Assembly: GCA_951406725.2 (NCBI GenBank)
Contig: OX597817.1
Location: forward strand, 95,852,001 to 95,916,000
Direction of reading: 5' to 3'
DNA: 64,000 nt
Source: Octopus vulgaris
Taxonomy: Eukaryota
Both the position numbers and the translations under genes were made by a program. A model generated the notes under the pieces. It made no database searches and had not been told where the DNA came from. It worked only from the letters and a program-made list of their open reading frames with translations. Shown here piece after piece: positions 1 to 13,695 of this stretch (positions are counted from its first letter, which is position 1; each line of letters opens with the position of its first letter).

Positions 1-32
<32 letters not shown>

Positions 33-34
33 AA

Positions 35-217
35 CCATGTCTGTGTTTGTCCCCCAGCACCACTTGACAACCAGTGATGGTTTGTTTACGTTCCCATAAC
101 TTAGCAGTTCAACAAAAGATATGATAGGATAAATACTGGGATTGATTCATTCGAATAAACAATTTTCTAGGTGGTACCCCAGCGTGGCTGCAGTCTATTG
201 ACTGAAACAAGATAAAA
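35..217 (+). mobile_element. 3' half of tRNA-derived SINE (same family as 22350-22746)
   Basis: Matches the 3' body and tail (ggtaccccagcgtggctgcagtc...tgactgaaacaag) of the complete copy at 22350-22746. Confidence 0.75.
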
Positions 218-329
218 TGGTAAACAGATATACCCTGAGTTTCTGCCTTATTATGGAATGCCTGGTTTGGGGTTGAGAATGCAGTGCTCCTCTCTCTCTC
301 TTTAGATTCCAATGAATAAAGAAATTCCA

Positions 330-2100
330 ACACATTTCCAGTTTAAGTCAACTATTTCTCGTCGAAATTTGTCATTTTTTCCTATGGTTAATTTTATCAA
401 TTTCTGTCTTTATCCATTTCAGGATTCTAGAACTTAAGCTTATCACAAATACGGTTCCAGCGATCTTAACGGAAATCAAATTCCTTCCATAAAATTTGGA
501 CTTTGGGAAAAGTTTTTAACCAGTGTAGTTTTTTTGTGCAATTTCTCGATGATGTATTGCCTTGCAATATATCATCTAACTTCAGGATTCCTCAATGCTT
601 GTAGTCATCATCACTTATGTCATTCAATCGTTCTCTAAATCACAATTCGATGCAAGTTACGTGGAATATTTTCTCTCGTTTCATATTAACTCCCATAAAC
701 TGTCTCGGCGATTCTTGTGGTTCAGACTTTGCAAACAATTTCATATGGTCCATAAGCTACAGATAGTTTGAGGATGAGTTTGGAGTATCTTTGCCTGACC
801 CTACTTTCACCTTTCTCAGAACTAGTGATATTGATATGAGAGTGGTGATAAAAAGTAATAGGGAAAAAAAGTCGACAGATCGACCTGAAAATGCTTCTCT
901 TCGTGTCCCCATTGCCTAGTGATTTGTTACATGAGAACAGATTAGCGTGTCAATTATCCATTCTACATCTTACCAATTTCATTAAATTATTTGCAACACC
1001 AAACAACTTCATAGATTCATGAATCCACGAATGAGGCACCATATGAATTTTTTTAATCGGATTCCATCATATTGAAGACTTTCTGAACTTTACAGACTTT
1101 CAGAAGAAGCTAGTACTGCTTATCAAACGCTTAATATCTACACCCTGTACACAATACTTCTTATGAGCTTGCATTTTGTTATGTCTTCTCAGAAAGTATA
1201 CCAGTGAGGCGCTTCTAAAGCACGCTTAAACAAGGAGAAGGTTTGTAATTTCCCAGCTACAAAATATTTCGTGGAGTCCTACAGAGTAAGAGTGAACTGC
1301 CCTTCAGCCATCCAACTTGGTGTCTTCACTCCAATCAACGAATTAAGATATTCACAAAAATAGTATTGATTGAGTTAAAATTAATAACCCGTAATCCTGG
1401 ATATCGTCTGAATCTGAACCTTTCCAGTTGGTAATTTTTTAACCGGGATACTGGTACTACTTTGAAATATTATCAAACCACTAAGTGCTTACAATGAGAT
1501 TCAGAGTAGTTTCCTACAAGTCGTCCTAGAAGGTCAATGCTTTGTACGGTAGATGGCAAATGTTTAACGTCAAACTCTGGAAAAATATCTTCTTTCGATT
1601 ACTATTAGTCATTTCTGTTAAAAATGTATTCTCTCTGTGTTATTTGAGATTCGTATTCTTTGTAATTAATTTGCCGTTTCAGCTCTTCCATAGTAGTAGG
1701 TCAAATTTCTAAGCCGCTATTTTTTGTCCAGGCTCTCTTTTTCATCTTCTCTTTTTCTTTATTCCTCTATGCCAACTATCGATTCTCTTAAAACTTTGCT
1801 TTCTATCCTTCGCATCAACTATAACTCTATAATGTTATTGTCTTTCCAATACTTTATAATCAGTTCTCTCATCTATGATGACTTCTAATGAACATGATTA
1901 GCAGTTATGGTTTCTTTCCACACTTTGTACCCTTCGACAGTATTGAGATTGTGCAACATAATTATGGTCTGTTTTATGCTTGCAGTTCGATGTTATTAAT
2001 TCCTCCCCATCTAAATTATTTAAACCTGCTTTTCTTCTTACTCTTCAGTATCTCTTTTTCATACCAACCTGCACGAAATTGTATGTCTCTCATAAACGTA
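330..2100 (-). pseudogene. Heavily decayed non-LTR retrotransposon RT, probably R4/Dong-like
   Basis: Minus-strand fragments near 840-900 resemble the GIFQGDSLSPLLF RT motif; many stops and frameshifts; boundaries approximate. Confidence 0.4.
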
Positions 2101-2895
2101 TCCACTTAAACATGAATTCCTTTCATGGATTTGATTGTCTATTTGATAGAACTAATCTGTACATTTCAAGCAGTTTTAGGATAATTACTGTGTTCATCGT
2201 ACGTGGCAATGAGAAATCTGCCGGGTTTCATCATTGGTTCTAACTTTATTCATACCACTGTAGAATAAATTATCTTTTGATGCTTTCACTCTTCAGAAGC
2301 TCATGAGTTTAAAGTTACACAACCACCGGTGTTTTTTTATTGATTCATTATATCTGGAGGATTGCCAGCTAAGGTTTAAGAAGCTCTCTCTTGGTGAGAC
2401 GGTACGTCATAATCTCAGGGTAGTTATTATCTAGAAAGTAGTCTAAGGGCGGCGAGTCCGTTGTTTTGTCTGATTTGGTCACTCTGCCACTCATTTAACT
2501 GGATAACCGTGTCGAGAAATTCGTTTCCAGCGGAAGTTTTAATGGTTCCATAATTTTCCACAGAGTTACAATGTCATGTATTTCGTAGAGTAACGTATAA
2601 GTCAAGGAAGAAGATGGAAATATCAATATAGCAAAAGTTTAATATCGAACCACATTATATAGAAATGATTGTGTGTGATTGATTACACAACCCATATTGA
2701 ATAGGGAGGAGTGACACCTCATCACATACTTACCAGCCTGTTCTATTATACATGACGTTTATGAAATCTAAAACTGTATAGGCATGTTAATGAAAAGCAC
2801 TAAGTTCAAATTATTACATAATTTACCCTCGTATTATATTATTTTTATGCTTAACTTGAAATTATATAACGTATAATTACTGCCTTCTCTTACAG

Positions 2896-3489
2896 TATGT
2901 CGAAATATTATGGCTGATGTCTATTTTCTAATGGATTCTTCTTCGAGCATTCGAAAAACTGATTTCAGAAAGCAACTGCATATTTTAAGAAAAGTTATAT
3001 CCAAATTTCAGATAGGATCTAACAAAACACGTGTTGCCGTATCATTTTTTACTCACCAATTCCTTCCTGTATGGAAACTGAACGACTTACAAGATAAATC
3101 AGCGATTCTAAGACGTATTAAATCCCTAAAGTACCTGGAAGGCGCCACAAAAACTGGTTATGCTCTTTACAAAGTAAGAACACAAGGCTTTATATGGCAA
3201 AATCAGCAAAATGCTGATCAAATTTTAATTGTATTTACCGACGGTCAGTCGAGTGATTACAAACGGACGAGATACGAGGCAAAATTATTGAAGCGAAGAG
3301 GAGTTAAGATATTCGTCGTTGGAATTGGTCCCTACGTTGATAAGGAAGAGCTGAATAGCATCGCAAGTACACCGTCCATAGAATATGTGCATACTTTTGA
3401 TAGTTTTAACTCTTTATCAATGACCAGCGGAATTCTGAATGTAAAAGCATGTTCAGCAGTGAAACAGATGTTTTTTAATGACCAAAATG
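2896..3489 (+). CDS. Internal exon encoding a VWA domain (collagen VI/matrilin-like extracellular protein)
   Basis: Polypyrimidine tract plus tacAG acceptor ending 2895; CRNIMADVYFLMDSSSS (MIDAS DxSxS), TRVAVSFF, GATKTG, LIVFTDGQS, KIFVVGIG; donor G|GTAAGT at 3490; phase 1 at both ends. Confidence 0.9.
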
Positions 3490-4116
3490 GTAAGTTTTTG
3501 CTTAAATGCATTTAATGAAATTTTTGTTTTGCAATATAATGAATATAATGTATGTATCATGTATGATAGGAATGAAATTTGTACTTTTATTGTGACGGGT
3601 CATATTTATATCTTGTAATTTCTTTTGAAACTCTGCAAAACAAATTCATTGAAATTTATCAGTGAATATATATGTACTGAATGAACGAGAACTGTTTTGT
3701 GCATTCAGTATGAATTGTTTAGGAGTTAGAATTTACGGAGTATTCTAGATTGCCGAATTTTAAACCGGCGTAATTAGATTCAAATCATATCCTTGTTTCT
3801 TTTCTTAATTGGTAGAAAAAGACTGATATAACATGTTTGTTGACTGCTAGTCACTAGCTGTTAATGATTATTACCTAACTAAATGCTTAATGATACACCA
3901 CCAGGTCTGAGAATCAAACTCACGGCCATATAATCGTGAGTCCAACACCTTAACCACCTGACCCCGTACCTTCATATATATCCTCTAGGTCGGGTTAGGC
4001 CAGGTATGGGAATATGTGCAATTGCAGAGCTTTGCTGCATTCACTATTTGTCGGTATATTCCTGGGTCCTCTCAGGCGACCCGTTGAGTAGAGTCCCAGG
4101 CAATCCCTATCTCCAC

Positions 4117-5092
4117 AACATTTGATGGAGTCCTTTGGATCTATTCAATGATGACAGTTTGAAATATAGTATAGCTATGGATACCGAAGTTTGGTAAATG
4201 CTCTTCAAAGACTTTCCATATTTAGGTGATCTCTACAAATCTTTACCGTTTCCCTCTGAGAAGTTAAGTTCTAGCGCTACCTGAAATGTTTTCACTACTC
4301 TAACCGAATGTATTTGGAGATTGGAAATCAGTTGGCTTTGTTCGTTTATGCAAATGTATTGTTAGGACAATCCCTATCTCCTTATCTGTCGCGACCATGT
4401 GTCAAGTGGTCGACCAACGCGAGACGCCAACCCAACCTGATCCTCAATAGTTCCTCCAATACCCTCAAACAATAAACCACGAAGTCTTCCATTTCTCACC
4501 TTTTTATATGCAGAAACATATCTCGAATTTTTAAAACACACTACATTATGCTCCATTTCGAAGAAAGGTAATCTGAAGTGTCTAGGTTGCATTTAAGCGA
4601 TGCTTGTCCTGGTGGCCATACCAAAGGTATATAAGCACCACAATATGTAAACACCATTAGGTATAAACTCAATAGGACAGATATCATTGTTCTATTGGAT
4701 GGGTAGTAAAGATCATACACTGTGGTCAAGATAAATTCGTCAAATTTGGAAAACAGAACATTTATGGAGAACTAATAAAAAACAGCTCTTATTCACTATA
4801 TTGATTTTTATTTGTACGTATTATCATAGGTGCATTGAGCTATGTAACAATACATTTGCATAAACGAACAAAGCCAACTGATTTCCAATCTCCAAATACA
4901 TTCGGTTAGAGTAGTGAAAACATTTCAGGTAGCGCTAGAACTTAACTTCTCAGAGGGAAACGGTAAAGATTTGTAGAGATCACCTAAATATGGAAAGTCT
5001 TTGAAGAGCATTTACCAAACTTCGGTATCCATAGCTATACTATTTTTCAAACTGTCATCATTGAATAGATCCAAAGGACTCCATCAAATGTT
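4117..5092. repeat. 248-bp near-perfect inverted repeat (4117-4364 / 4845-5092), 480-bp spacer
   Basis: Arms are reverse complements with about one mismatch by eye; the right arm runs into a decayed LINE 3' end ending near 5355. Confidence 0.9.
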
Positions 5093-5361
5093 AGGACAAA
5101 ACTTTTCAATATATTATCTATGAAACTAATAAATCTACATGGAGTGGATTTAAATGAATTTAAGAAGCACCTGGATACTCTATTACCTACGATTCCAAAC
5201 GAACCAGTGCCAGACAAGAAATGTGCAACTAAGCGGCATCAGACTCCTTTATTTACCAAAAGCTACAGTCCTTCCTGAAAGTTAAGTACTGTAGAAATAG
5301 TACAAGATCCACTCTAGCTTAGCTGTAGTCATCAAGCTGAATTGAAACTAATAAAATAATA

Positions 5362-5435
<74 letters not shown>

Positions 5436-5518
5436 GGTCCCGGGTTGATTCGGGGTTAACCACAGTAAATAAGGTACTCAATACATAGCAGAGTAAAATT
5501 AATTTATTATATAGAAGG

Positions 5519-5569
5519 AGCTTCTACAGGACTAGAACTGTTTCATTCAAGAGAAATCTTCAGGAAGCT
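5519..5569 (-). ncRNA. Type I hammerhead ribozyme candidate in the PLE terminal repeat
   Basis: Minus strand: AGCUUC-CUGAAGA-UUUCUCUUGAAU-GAAACAG-uucuaguc-CU-GUA-GAAGCU; stems I and III pair, stem II is weak. Confidence 0.65.
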
Positions 5570-5741
5570 AGTTAACAAGAATTGTATTGGCATTTATACA
5601 TTTAGGCAGGTTTAAAGGGGTGTTGGTGGGGGACTTTTTGGGGGTAGGCATAGCGCGCAAAATATCATACTTGGGGGAGTGGTCAAGGAGTCAGTGTTAA
5701 ATTAGATAGAAGAATAAATAAAAAATAAAAAATAAAAAATA

Positions 5742-5786
<45 letters not shown>

Positions 5787-6207
5787 AAAGGGGGATAGAG
5801 TTTTAGGTAAATAAGGAGATTCTCACTTATACCTATGCACATATGTATACATATATACACACGCATACAAACATATACATATACATACACACATACATAC
5901 ACACACATATATATATACATATATATACACTTACACATACATATACATATCTACACATACACATATATGTATACATACACACACTCACATGCATACACGT
6001 ATACACACATGTATATATACACACACACGACCACACATACATATACACACAGAAAAATATATATACACATACACACACATACTCACATACACGCATACAC
6101 ACACAAATCCACACACACACATGCACACCCAGCACACTAGTCCCTATATACACATATATACACATACACACATATATATATATACATACACACACATACA
6201 TATACAT

Positions 6208-6254
<47 letters not shown>

Positions 6255-6668
6255 CACATGTGTACCCATGCATATCTACACATACACACATATATATATA
6301 CACATACAAATACAGACCCATTCCCTAATTTTAATTTTATTATCTTCGTTTATTACTTTTGTTATCTTTGGCCGCTTGGTCACAAACATCTTGGCTATGA
6401 CAGCCAGTCCATTTATCTGTCTACTGGAAAACAAGCACTCATTCACTCACGCAGACTCTTTAGCACGTACACTCACTCATTCGTACACTCATACACATAC
6501 ACGCACGCACGCGTTATATTAATACATACATACATCTACATACATTCACGTATATACACATACGTACGCGTACCTACAGATTCATGTCTACACTCTTAGA
6601 AGGCTAGTCTATACATATACACCAATAAATATAAATACACACACATACACGTACACCTACATACAAAT

Positions 6669-6745
<77 letters not shown>

Positions 6746-6956
6746 CACATATATACACATATATACATACACACACATATACATACACATATATACACAT
6801 ATACACATATATACACACATAAACATACATACATATACACTCATACACATACATACGTATACATACATACATACATCCATACATCCATACATACATACAT
6901 TTATACACATACACACACCCACATACATACATATATATACGCGCATATATATATCC

Positions 6957-6997
<41 letters not shown>

Positions 6998-7398
6998 CAT
7001 ATATACATATATATTCATACACACACATACACATACATACATACATATACAAATATACGCACACACATACATACATACTCATATACTCATACACACACAT
7101 ACACATGTACATGCGTCCCCTTACACGCACACACACACGCGCGCGTCCATATATACACATAAGTACACCCATGCGTAAGAGTATACATATATCTATGCTT
7201 ACACATACACACACACACACGCGCCTCCTTATATTCATACTTACATGCATACTCAAAAAATAAGTAAATAGTAAAATATATATACGCGCAGTTATTCATA
7301 CATGCATACTCAAAAAATAAATAATAAATAAAAAATATTAAGTATATGTACGTGCAGTTACCTATTATATAGACGGATACATATAAACTTACACACAT

Positions 7399-7468
<70 letters not shown>

Positions 7469-7808
7469 ACATACATACATACACACATATATACACATAC
7501 ACACATACATACATATATATATATACACACACACACACATACACACACACACATATATATATATATATACACACACACATACTTACACATGTACATATAA
7601 ATACACACATAGATAACTCTACGTACCTACATATACATAAACACACGAGCGTACGCCTATATGTACATATACACATACACATACACACGCATATATATAC
7701 ATACATACATACACATACACACATGTGTATACACATACACACACATACACATATATATACATACACATATATATACACATGCACATACTTATATCTCTAC
7801 ATACTCGC

Positions 7809-7859
<51 letters not shown>

Positions 7860-8190
7860 TATATACATACATATACACACACACATACATATACCTATAT
7901 ACATGCATATATACACATACATATATATACACATCTACAATTTGTATCTACACTCACATACCTGCACATACACATAACTCTACATACCTACAAATACATC
8001 GACATACTCGCGTACACTCATATATATACACATATATACATATACACACACACATACATATACATATACATATACATATATATAAACATATACACACATA
8101 ATACACATATACACACACACATACATATATGTATATATATATATATATATATACATATATACACACACATATATATATATACACACATAC

Positions 8191-8221
<31 letters not shown>

Positions 8222-8622
8222 CATACATATATATATACATATACATACATACATACATACACATATACATACATGTACATATACACATACACACACATAT
8301 ATATATACATACACATACATATATCAACAATTGAGGGTAAGGTTAATTAGTTATTAATCAATTTCACCAAGTATTCAGTTGTAAAAGGACCATTATTTTT
8401 ATGAGTAAACAATGTCTGAGGGAAAATATTCTCTAAGTAGTGGAAGAGGCTAAAAAACTTTATTGGCTGCTATTTCTAGAAAGTTCAGTATGCGGCAGAG
8501 TAATTTATTTTACTAAGCCCTAATTATATAATATTTTATACACACATACACATACATACACACATACATATACACATACATATGCATACACACATATATA
8601 CATATATACATACATACATCTA

Positions 8623-8653
<31 letters not shown>

Positions 8654-8888
8654 GCACATACATATATATATATATATATACACATATATATATTTTTTTT
8701 TACATACATACACGCACACACACACATAATACATGCGTATAATCCTACTATACCCATACATTTCTATACATATATACGATACACATATACAAGCGTGCAC
8801 ATACAATATGTGAAAGGTCTTAGGAGAAAAGGTAATCGGGGGTGCTAGGGGAACGGTGGGATTGGGGGGTTTTGTGGGTGGGGTGTCA

Positions 8889-10478
8889 TCAATCTGGTTG
8901 CCGGGTAGGTCTATAGTTCTTGTAGTTCGCATACTTCTTATGCATACAATTTGGGGAGTGTTCTGAGATTTTGTTAAGGAGAGGGCCTTTGGCGAACAAG
9001 ATCTCTAGGCTCTCCGATATGCAGAGGTCACAGCAGGTATGGCCTCCTGTGTACGAGCGCGCCTTCTGTAGTAGTTTCCACTTGGTCTTGAAGGGGATGG
9101 AGTTCCTTTTAAGGTACCAGATGTGGGCGGCGAGGGTAGTTTGGTTGGATTTATCTTGTCGCCGGAACGAGTGTGTGTGTGCGTACCAACGGGTCTTAAA
9201 GCTGTTTGACGTCATTCCTATGTAGGATTTTCTTTTATCGTCAGGGCCTGATCTTACCTCGCATGTATATACTAGGTCCCTCTGTAGGCAGTTGTTGTTG
9301 AGGGGGCAGGTGGTTTTATCAGGGCAGTTGCAATTGCTATCGGACGTTGGATGGGCCTCGGAAAAAGTAGATATGTTAAGTTTTTTCACATTGTTGTTGG
9401 CTAGGTTCCTGGCTAGATTGGGCGTGGTAGAGTAGGAGAGTCTAATAGTGTTCTTATTTAGGATAGTGTAGTACTTATGTTGGGTGGGGAAGTGTTTCTG
9501 TAGGAGAGTGAAGAAGATTTTAGCTACAGGTGTAGCGACCTCACGGTTGAAGGGGGGTTGTACCAGCTAATGTGTCTTCGTCTATTTTTCCTGGGTTGGC
9601 GTGGGGCTATACTAGTATAGGTAATCTTATCTTTGAAGCCACTGCGGGCCAGGGCCTCGTTGTAATAGGGGGCTGCGGCCTTAAAGATATCTTCCGTGGC
9701 GGACAGGCTAGAAATTCTAATTGAGACACTTTTTACTAGGTTATCTAATATATTTTTGGGGTGGTTGGAATTAATATCTATATATTTAAGGGATTCATTC
9801 GGTTTGTGGTACGGGTAATAAAGTGAGGTTTTTAAGTCGAGGGTGACATCAAGGAAGTTAGCTTTAGTTAAGTTGGATTCTAAGGTAATCCTAAGGCCTA
9901 AGTTTTTAAAGAAGGTGTAAAGATTTTTCCGGAACCCATCCGTGGTCCTGGGGTTTATTTTGTGGAGGGCGAAAAGGCCGTCATCGCGGTAAAGACCACC
10001 GGAGAGGCCTGTGAATAGGGTTTTCAGCCTATGGAGGATGAAAAGGCCCACTAGGTCACTTATTTCAGCAGAGTCGTTAGCACCCATGCTGACGTCGAAG
10101 GGGGTCACAGATTTTTTGTTGATCCAGTGGGATCCGTCATAGAAAAGAAAAGTCTTACGTGCGTGGAGTATCACATCTTGCTCGACCTCGGTGATGGTGG
10201 AAGACCTCCTGGCGAAGTTAATCGAGTCGATCAGCAAGCTCTCCGATATGGAGGCGTAGTAATCCTCGATATCCAGTTGTAGGAATCGGGTGTTGCTTTT
10301 ATCAGGTAAATCCTGGAACCAGGTTATTGCCTCGGAGGTCCTATTCCAGAGTGGGAGGGTGAAGCTTCACGCATTTTTGGTAAAATCCTGTCCAGGATCT
10401 TCTTGCTGACGGATCCGATGTCAGACTTGGTTGGGTTAATCAAACGGACCGACGGTTTATTTTCGAAATGGTCTTTGT
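8889..10478 (-). pseudogene. Penelope-type reverse transcriptase + GIY-YIG endonuclease, two frameshifts
   Basis: [93 protein letters not shown]; frameshifts near 10360 and 9545. Confidence 0.92.
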
Positions 10479-10558
10479 GTATATATATATATGTATGTAT
10501 GTGTGTATGTGTATATATGTGTGTATGTATGTATGTATATATATGTATATGTATATAT

Positions 10559-10624
<66 letters not shown>

Positions 10625-11348
10625 ATGTGTGTAAGTTTATATGTATGTATCCGTCTATATAATAGGTAACTGCACGTACATATACTTAATATTTTTTATT
10701 TATTATTTATTTTTTGAGTATGCATGTATGAATAACTGCGCGTATATATATTTTACTATTTACTTATTTTTTGAGTATGCATGTAAGTATGAATATAAGG
10801 AGGCGCGTGTGTGTGTGTGTATGTGTAAGCATAGATATATGTATAATCTTACGCATGGGTGTACTTATGTGTATATATGGACGCGCGCGTGTGTGTGTGC
10901 GTGTAAGGGGACGCATGTACATGTGTATGTGTGTGTATGAGTATATGAGTATGTATGTATGTGTATATGTGTGTGTATGAATATATATGTATATATGTAT
11001 ATGTATATAATTAATCAATATAGGGTGGCAAAAAAAAAAAAAAAATTTTGTAGAATTCTTTTGCCACCAGCGGCCTAGTGGGAAAAAATTAAATAGTCAT
11101 AGACCATTTTTAAGTTCAACATCAACAATCAAGGAACGGCCATAATAGGCCATTTTAGGCCATTTTTTTTGCCACCCTATATTGATTAATTATGAATTTT
11201 CTGGTTAATTCCGTAATGGAATCGACGGCTTATATTTATTTGCTGCCGATAAATTTGGCGCGAGTGCGACGATTTGAAAATTTTAGGTCAGATATAAACT
11301 TGGCAAGGTCGGAAATGCCTCGTGAAAATATCTGTTCCGACTTGGGCT

Positions 11349-11455
11349 ATTTCTTACTGAAGAATCTGAGGGCCTGTGGAAGATTGGCTTGATTTAATTT
11401 AATCAGGTTAGTTTACCATTAATCAGCAGATGAAACGGTATATCGTATAAGAAAT
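11349..11455 (+). ncRNA. Type I hammerhead ribozyme, variant A
   Basis: AUUUCUUA-CUGAAGA-AUCUG...CAGAU-GAAAC-GG-UAUA-UC-GUA|UAAGAAAU; predicted cleavage after 11447. Confidence 0.88.
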
Positions 11456-11845
11456 TACAGGGTAAATGTTTTTTAAATTTTCTCCTGGTTTACGGAATTA
11501 ATTTTTATTTGCGGTTGAAGCTTTGGCTGTTATTTCTAGTGGGTGAATGGCCTATTATGGCCGTTCCTTGATTGTTGATGTTGAACTTAAAAATGGTTTA
11601 TGACTATTTAATTTTTTCCCACTAGGCCGCTGGTGGCAAAAGAATTCTACAAAATTTTTTTTTTTTTGCCACCCTATATTGATTAATTATGAATTTTCTG
11701 GTTAATTCCGTAATGGAATCGACGGCTTATATTTATTTGCTGCCGATAAATTTGGGGTGAGTGCGACGATTTGAAAATTTTAGGTCAGATATAAACTTGG
11801 CAAGGTCGGAAATGCCTCGTGAAAATATCTGTTCCGACTTGGGCT

Positions 11846-11952
11846 ATTTCTTACTGAAGAATCTGAGGGCCTGTGGAAGATTGGCTTGATTTAATTTAAT
11901 CAGGTTAGTTTACCATTAATCAGCAGATGAAACGGTATATCGTATAAGAAAT
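11846..11952 (+). ncRNA. Type I hammerhead ribozyme, variant A (copy 2)
   Basis: Same sequence as 11349-11455. Confidence 0.88.
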
Positions 11953-12077
11953 TACAGGGTAAATGTTTTTTAAATTTTCTCCTGGTTTACGGAATTAATT
12001 TTTATTTGCGGTTGAAGCTTTGGCTGTTATTTCTAGTGGGTGAATGGCCTATTATGGCCGTTCCTTGATTGTTGATG

Positions 12078-12116
<39 letters not shown>

Positions 12117-12236
12117 ACAATCAAGGAACGGCCATAATAGGCCATTCACCCACTAGAAATAACAGCCAAAAGCTTTAACCGCAAAATAATGTCAATTCCG
12201 TAAACCAGGAGAAAATTGAAAAACATTTACCCTGTA

Positions 12237-12343
12237 ATTTCTTAGACGATGCACCGTTTCATCTTCAGTTTAATGGAAAACTAACCTGATTAAATTAAAT
12301 CAAGCCAATCTACCATAGGCCCTTAGATTCATCAGTAAGAAAT
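12237..12343 (-). ncRNA. Type I hammerhead ribozyme, variant B
   Basis: Minus strand: AUUUCUUA-CUGAUGA-AUCU...AGAU-GAAAC-GG-UGCA-UC-GUC|UAAGAAAU. Confidence 0.9.
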
Positions 12344-12729
12344 AGCCAAAACCGGAACAGATATTTTTCACGAGGCATTCTCATTGCTACCTCGTCAATA
12401 TCTGACCTAAAATTTTCAAATCGTCGCACTCGCGCCAAATTTATCGGCAGCAAATAAATATAAGCCGCCGATTCCATTACGGAATTAACCAGAAAATTCA
12501 TAATTAATCAATATAGGGTGGCAAAAAAAATTTTGTAGAATTCTTTTGCCACCAGCGGCCTAGTGGGAAAAAATTAAATAGTCATAAACCACTTTTAAGT
12601 TCAACATCAACAATCAAGGAACGGCCATAATAGGCCATTCACCCACTAGAAATAACAGCCAAAAGCTTTAACCGCAAAATAATGTCAATTCCGTAAACCA
12701 GGAGAAAATTGAAAAACATTTACCCTGTA

Positions 12730-12836
12730 ATTTCTTAGACGATGCACCGTTTCATCTTCAGTTTAATGGAAAACTAACCTGATTAAATTAAATCAAGCCA
12801 ATCTACCATAGGCCCTTAGATTCATCAGTAAGAAAT
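12730..12836 (-). ncRNA. Type I hammerhead ribozyme, variant B (copy 2)
   Basis: Same motif 493 bp from the previous copy. Confidence 0.9.
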
Positions 12837-13223
12837 AGCCAAAACCGGAACAGAAATTTTTCACGAGGCATTCTCATTGCTACCTCGTCAATATCTGACC
12901 TAAAATTTTCAAATCGTCGCACTCGCGCCAAATTTATCGGCAGCAAATAAATATAAGCCGCCGATTCCATTACGGAATTAACCAGAAAATTCATAATTAA
13001 TCAATATAGGGTGGCAAAAAAAAATTTTGTAGAATTCTTTTGCCACCAGCGGCCTAGTGGGAAAAAATTAAATAGTCATAAACCATTTTTAAGTTCAACA
13101 TCAACAATCAAGGAACGGCCATAATAGGCCATTCACCCACTAGAAATAACAGCCAAAAGCTTTAACCGCAAAATAATGTCAATTCCGTAAACCAGGAGAA
13201 AATTGAAAAACATTTACCCTGTA

Positions 13224-13330
13224 ATTTCTTAGACGATGCACCGTTTCATCTTCAGTTTAATGGAAAACTAACCTGATTAAATTAAATCAAGCCAATCTAC
13301 CATAGGCCCTTAGATTCATCAGTAAGAAAT
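13224..13330 (-). ncRNA. Type I hammerhead ribozyme, variant B (copy 3)
   Basis: Same motif 494 bp from the previous copy. Confidence 0.9.
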
Positions 13331-13588
13331 AGCCAAAACCGGAACAGATATTTTTCACGAGGCATTCTCATTGCTACCTCGTCAATATCTGACCTAAAAT
13401 TTTCAAATTTTCACCCTATATTGATTAATTATGAATTTTCTGGTTAATTCCGTAATGGAATCGGCGGCTTATATTTATTTGCTGCCGATAAATTTGGCGC
13501 GAGTGCGACGATTTGAAAATTTTAGGTCAGATATTGACGAGGTAGCAATGAGAATGCCTCGTGAAAAATATCTGTTCCGGTTTTGGCT

Positions 13589-13695
13589 ATTTCTTACTGA
13601 TGAATCTAAGGGCCTATGGTAGATTGGCTTGATTTAATTTAATCAGGTTAGTTTTCCATTAAACTGAAGATGAAACGGTGCATCGTCTAAGAAAT
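13589..13695 (+). ncRNA. Type I hammerhead ribozyme, variant B (inverted copy)
   Basis: CTGATGA at 13597, GAAAC at 13672, GTC at 13685-13687, stem I atttctta/taagaaat. Confidence 0.9.

Larger units (their letters stand above)
5433..10478 (-). mobile_element. Penelope-like element (Naiad-like), 5'-truncated, with long microsatellite-rich 3' region
   Basis: RT + GIY-YIG ORF at 10478-8889, then ~3.4 kb of (CA)/(TA)-rich sequence ending in a hammerhead-like motif and (TA)n; about 2 kb of this is duplicated in inverted orientation at the 5' side. Confidence 0.85.

Noticed and set aside
5702-8357. Many His/Thr/Tyr/Ile or Cys/Val/Met-rich ORFs (also 13914-15213, 33767-34320, 47711-48265, 50739-53717)
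   Set aside because: Translation artefacts of stop-free (CA)n/(TA)n/(CATA)n microsatellites.
11192-11392. 63-66 aa ORF (MNFLVNSVMES...) repeated in the array units
   Set aside because: Stop codon in the second A copy, and A and B diverge in frame after about 35 codons; conservation follows RNA structure, not protein.
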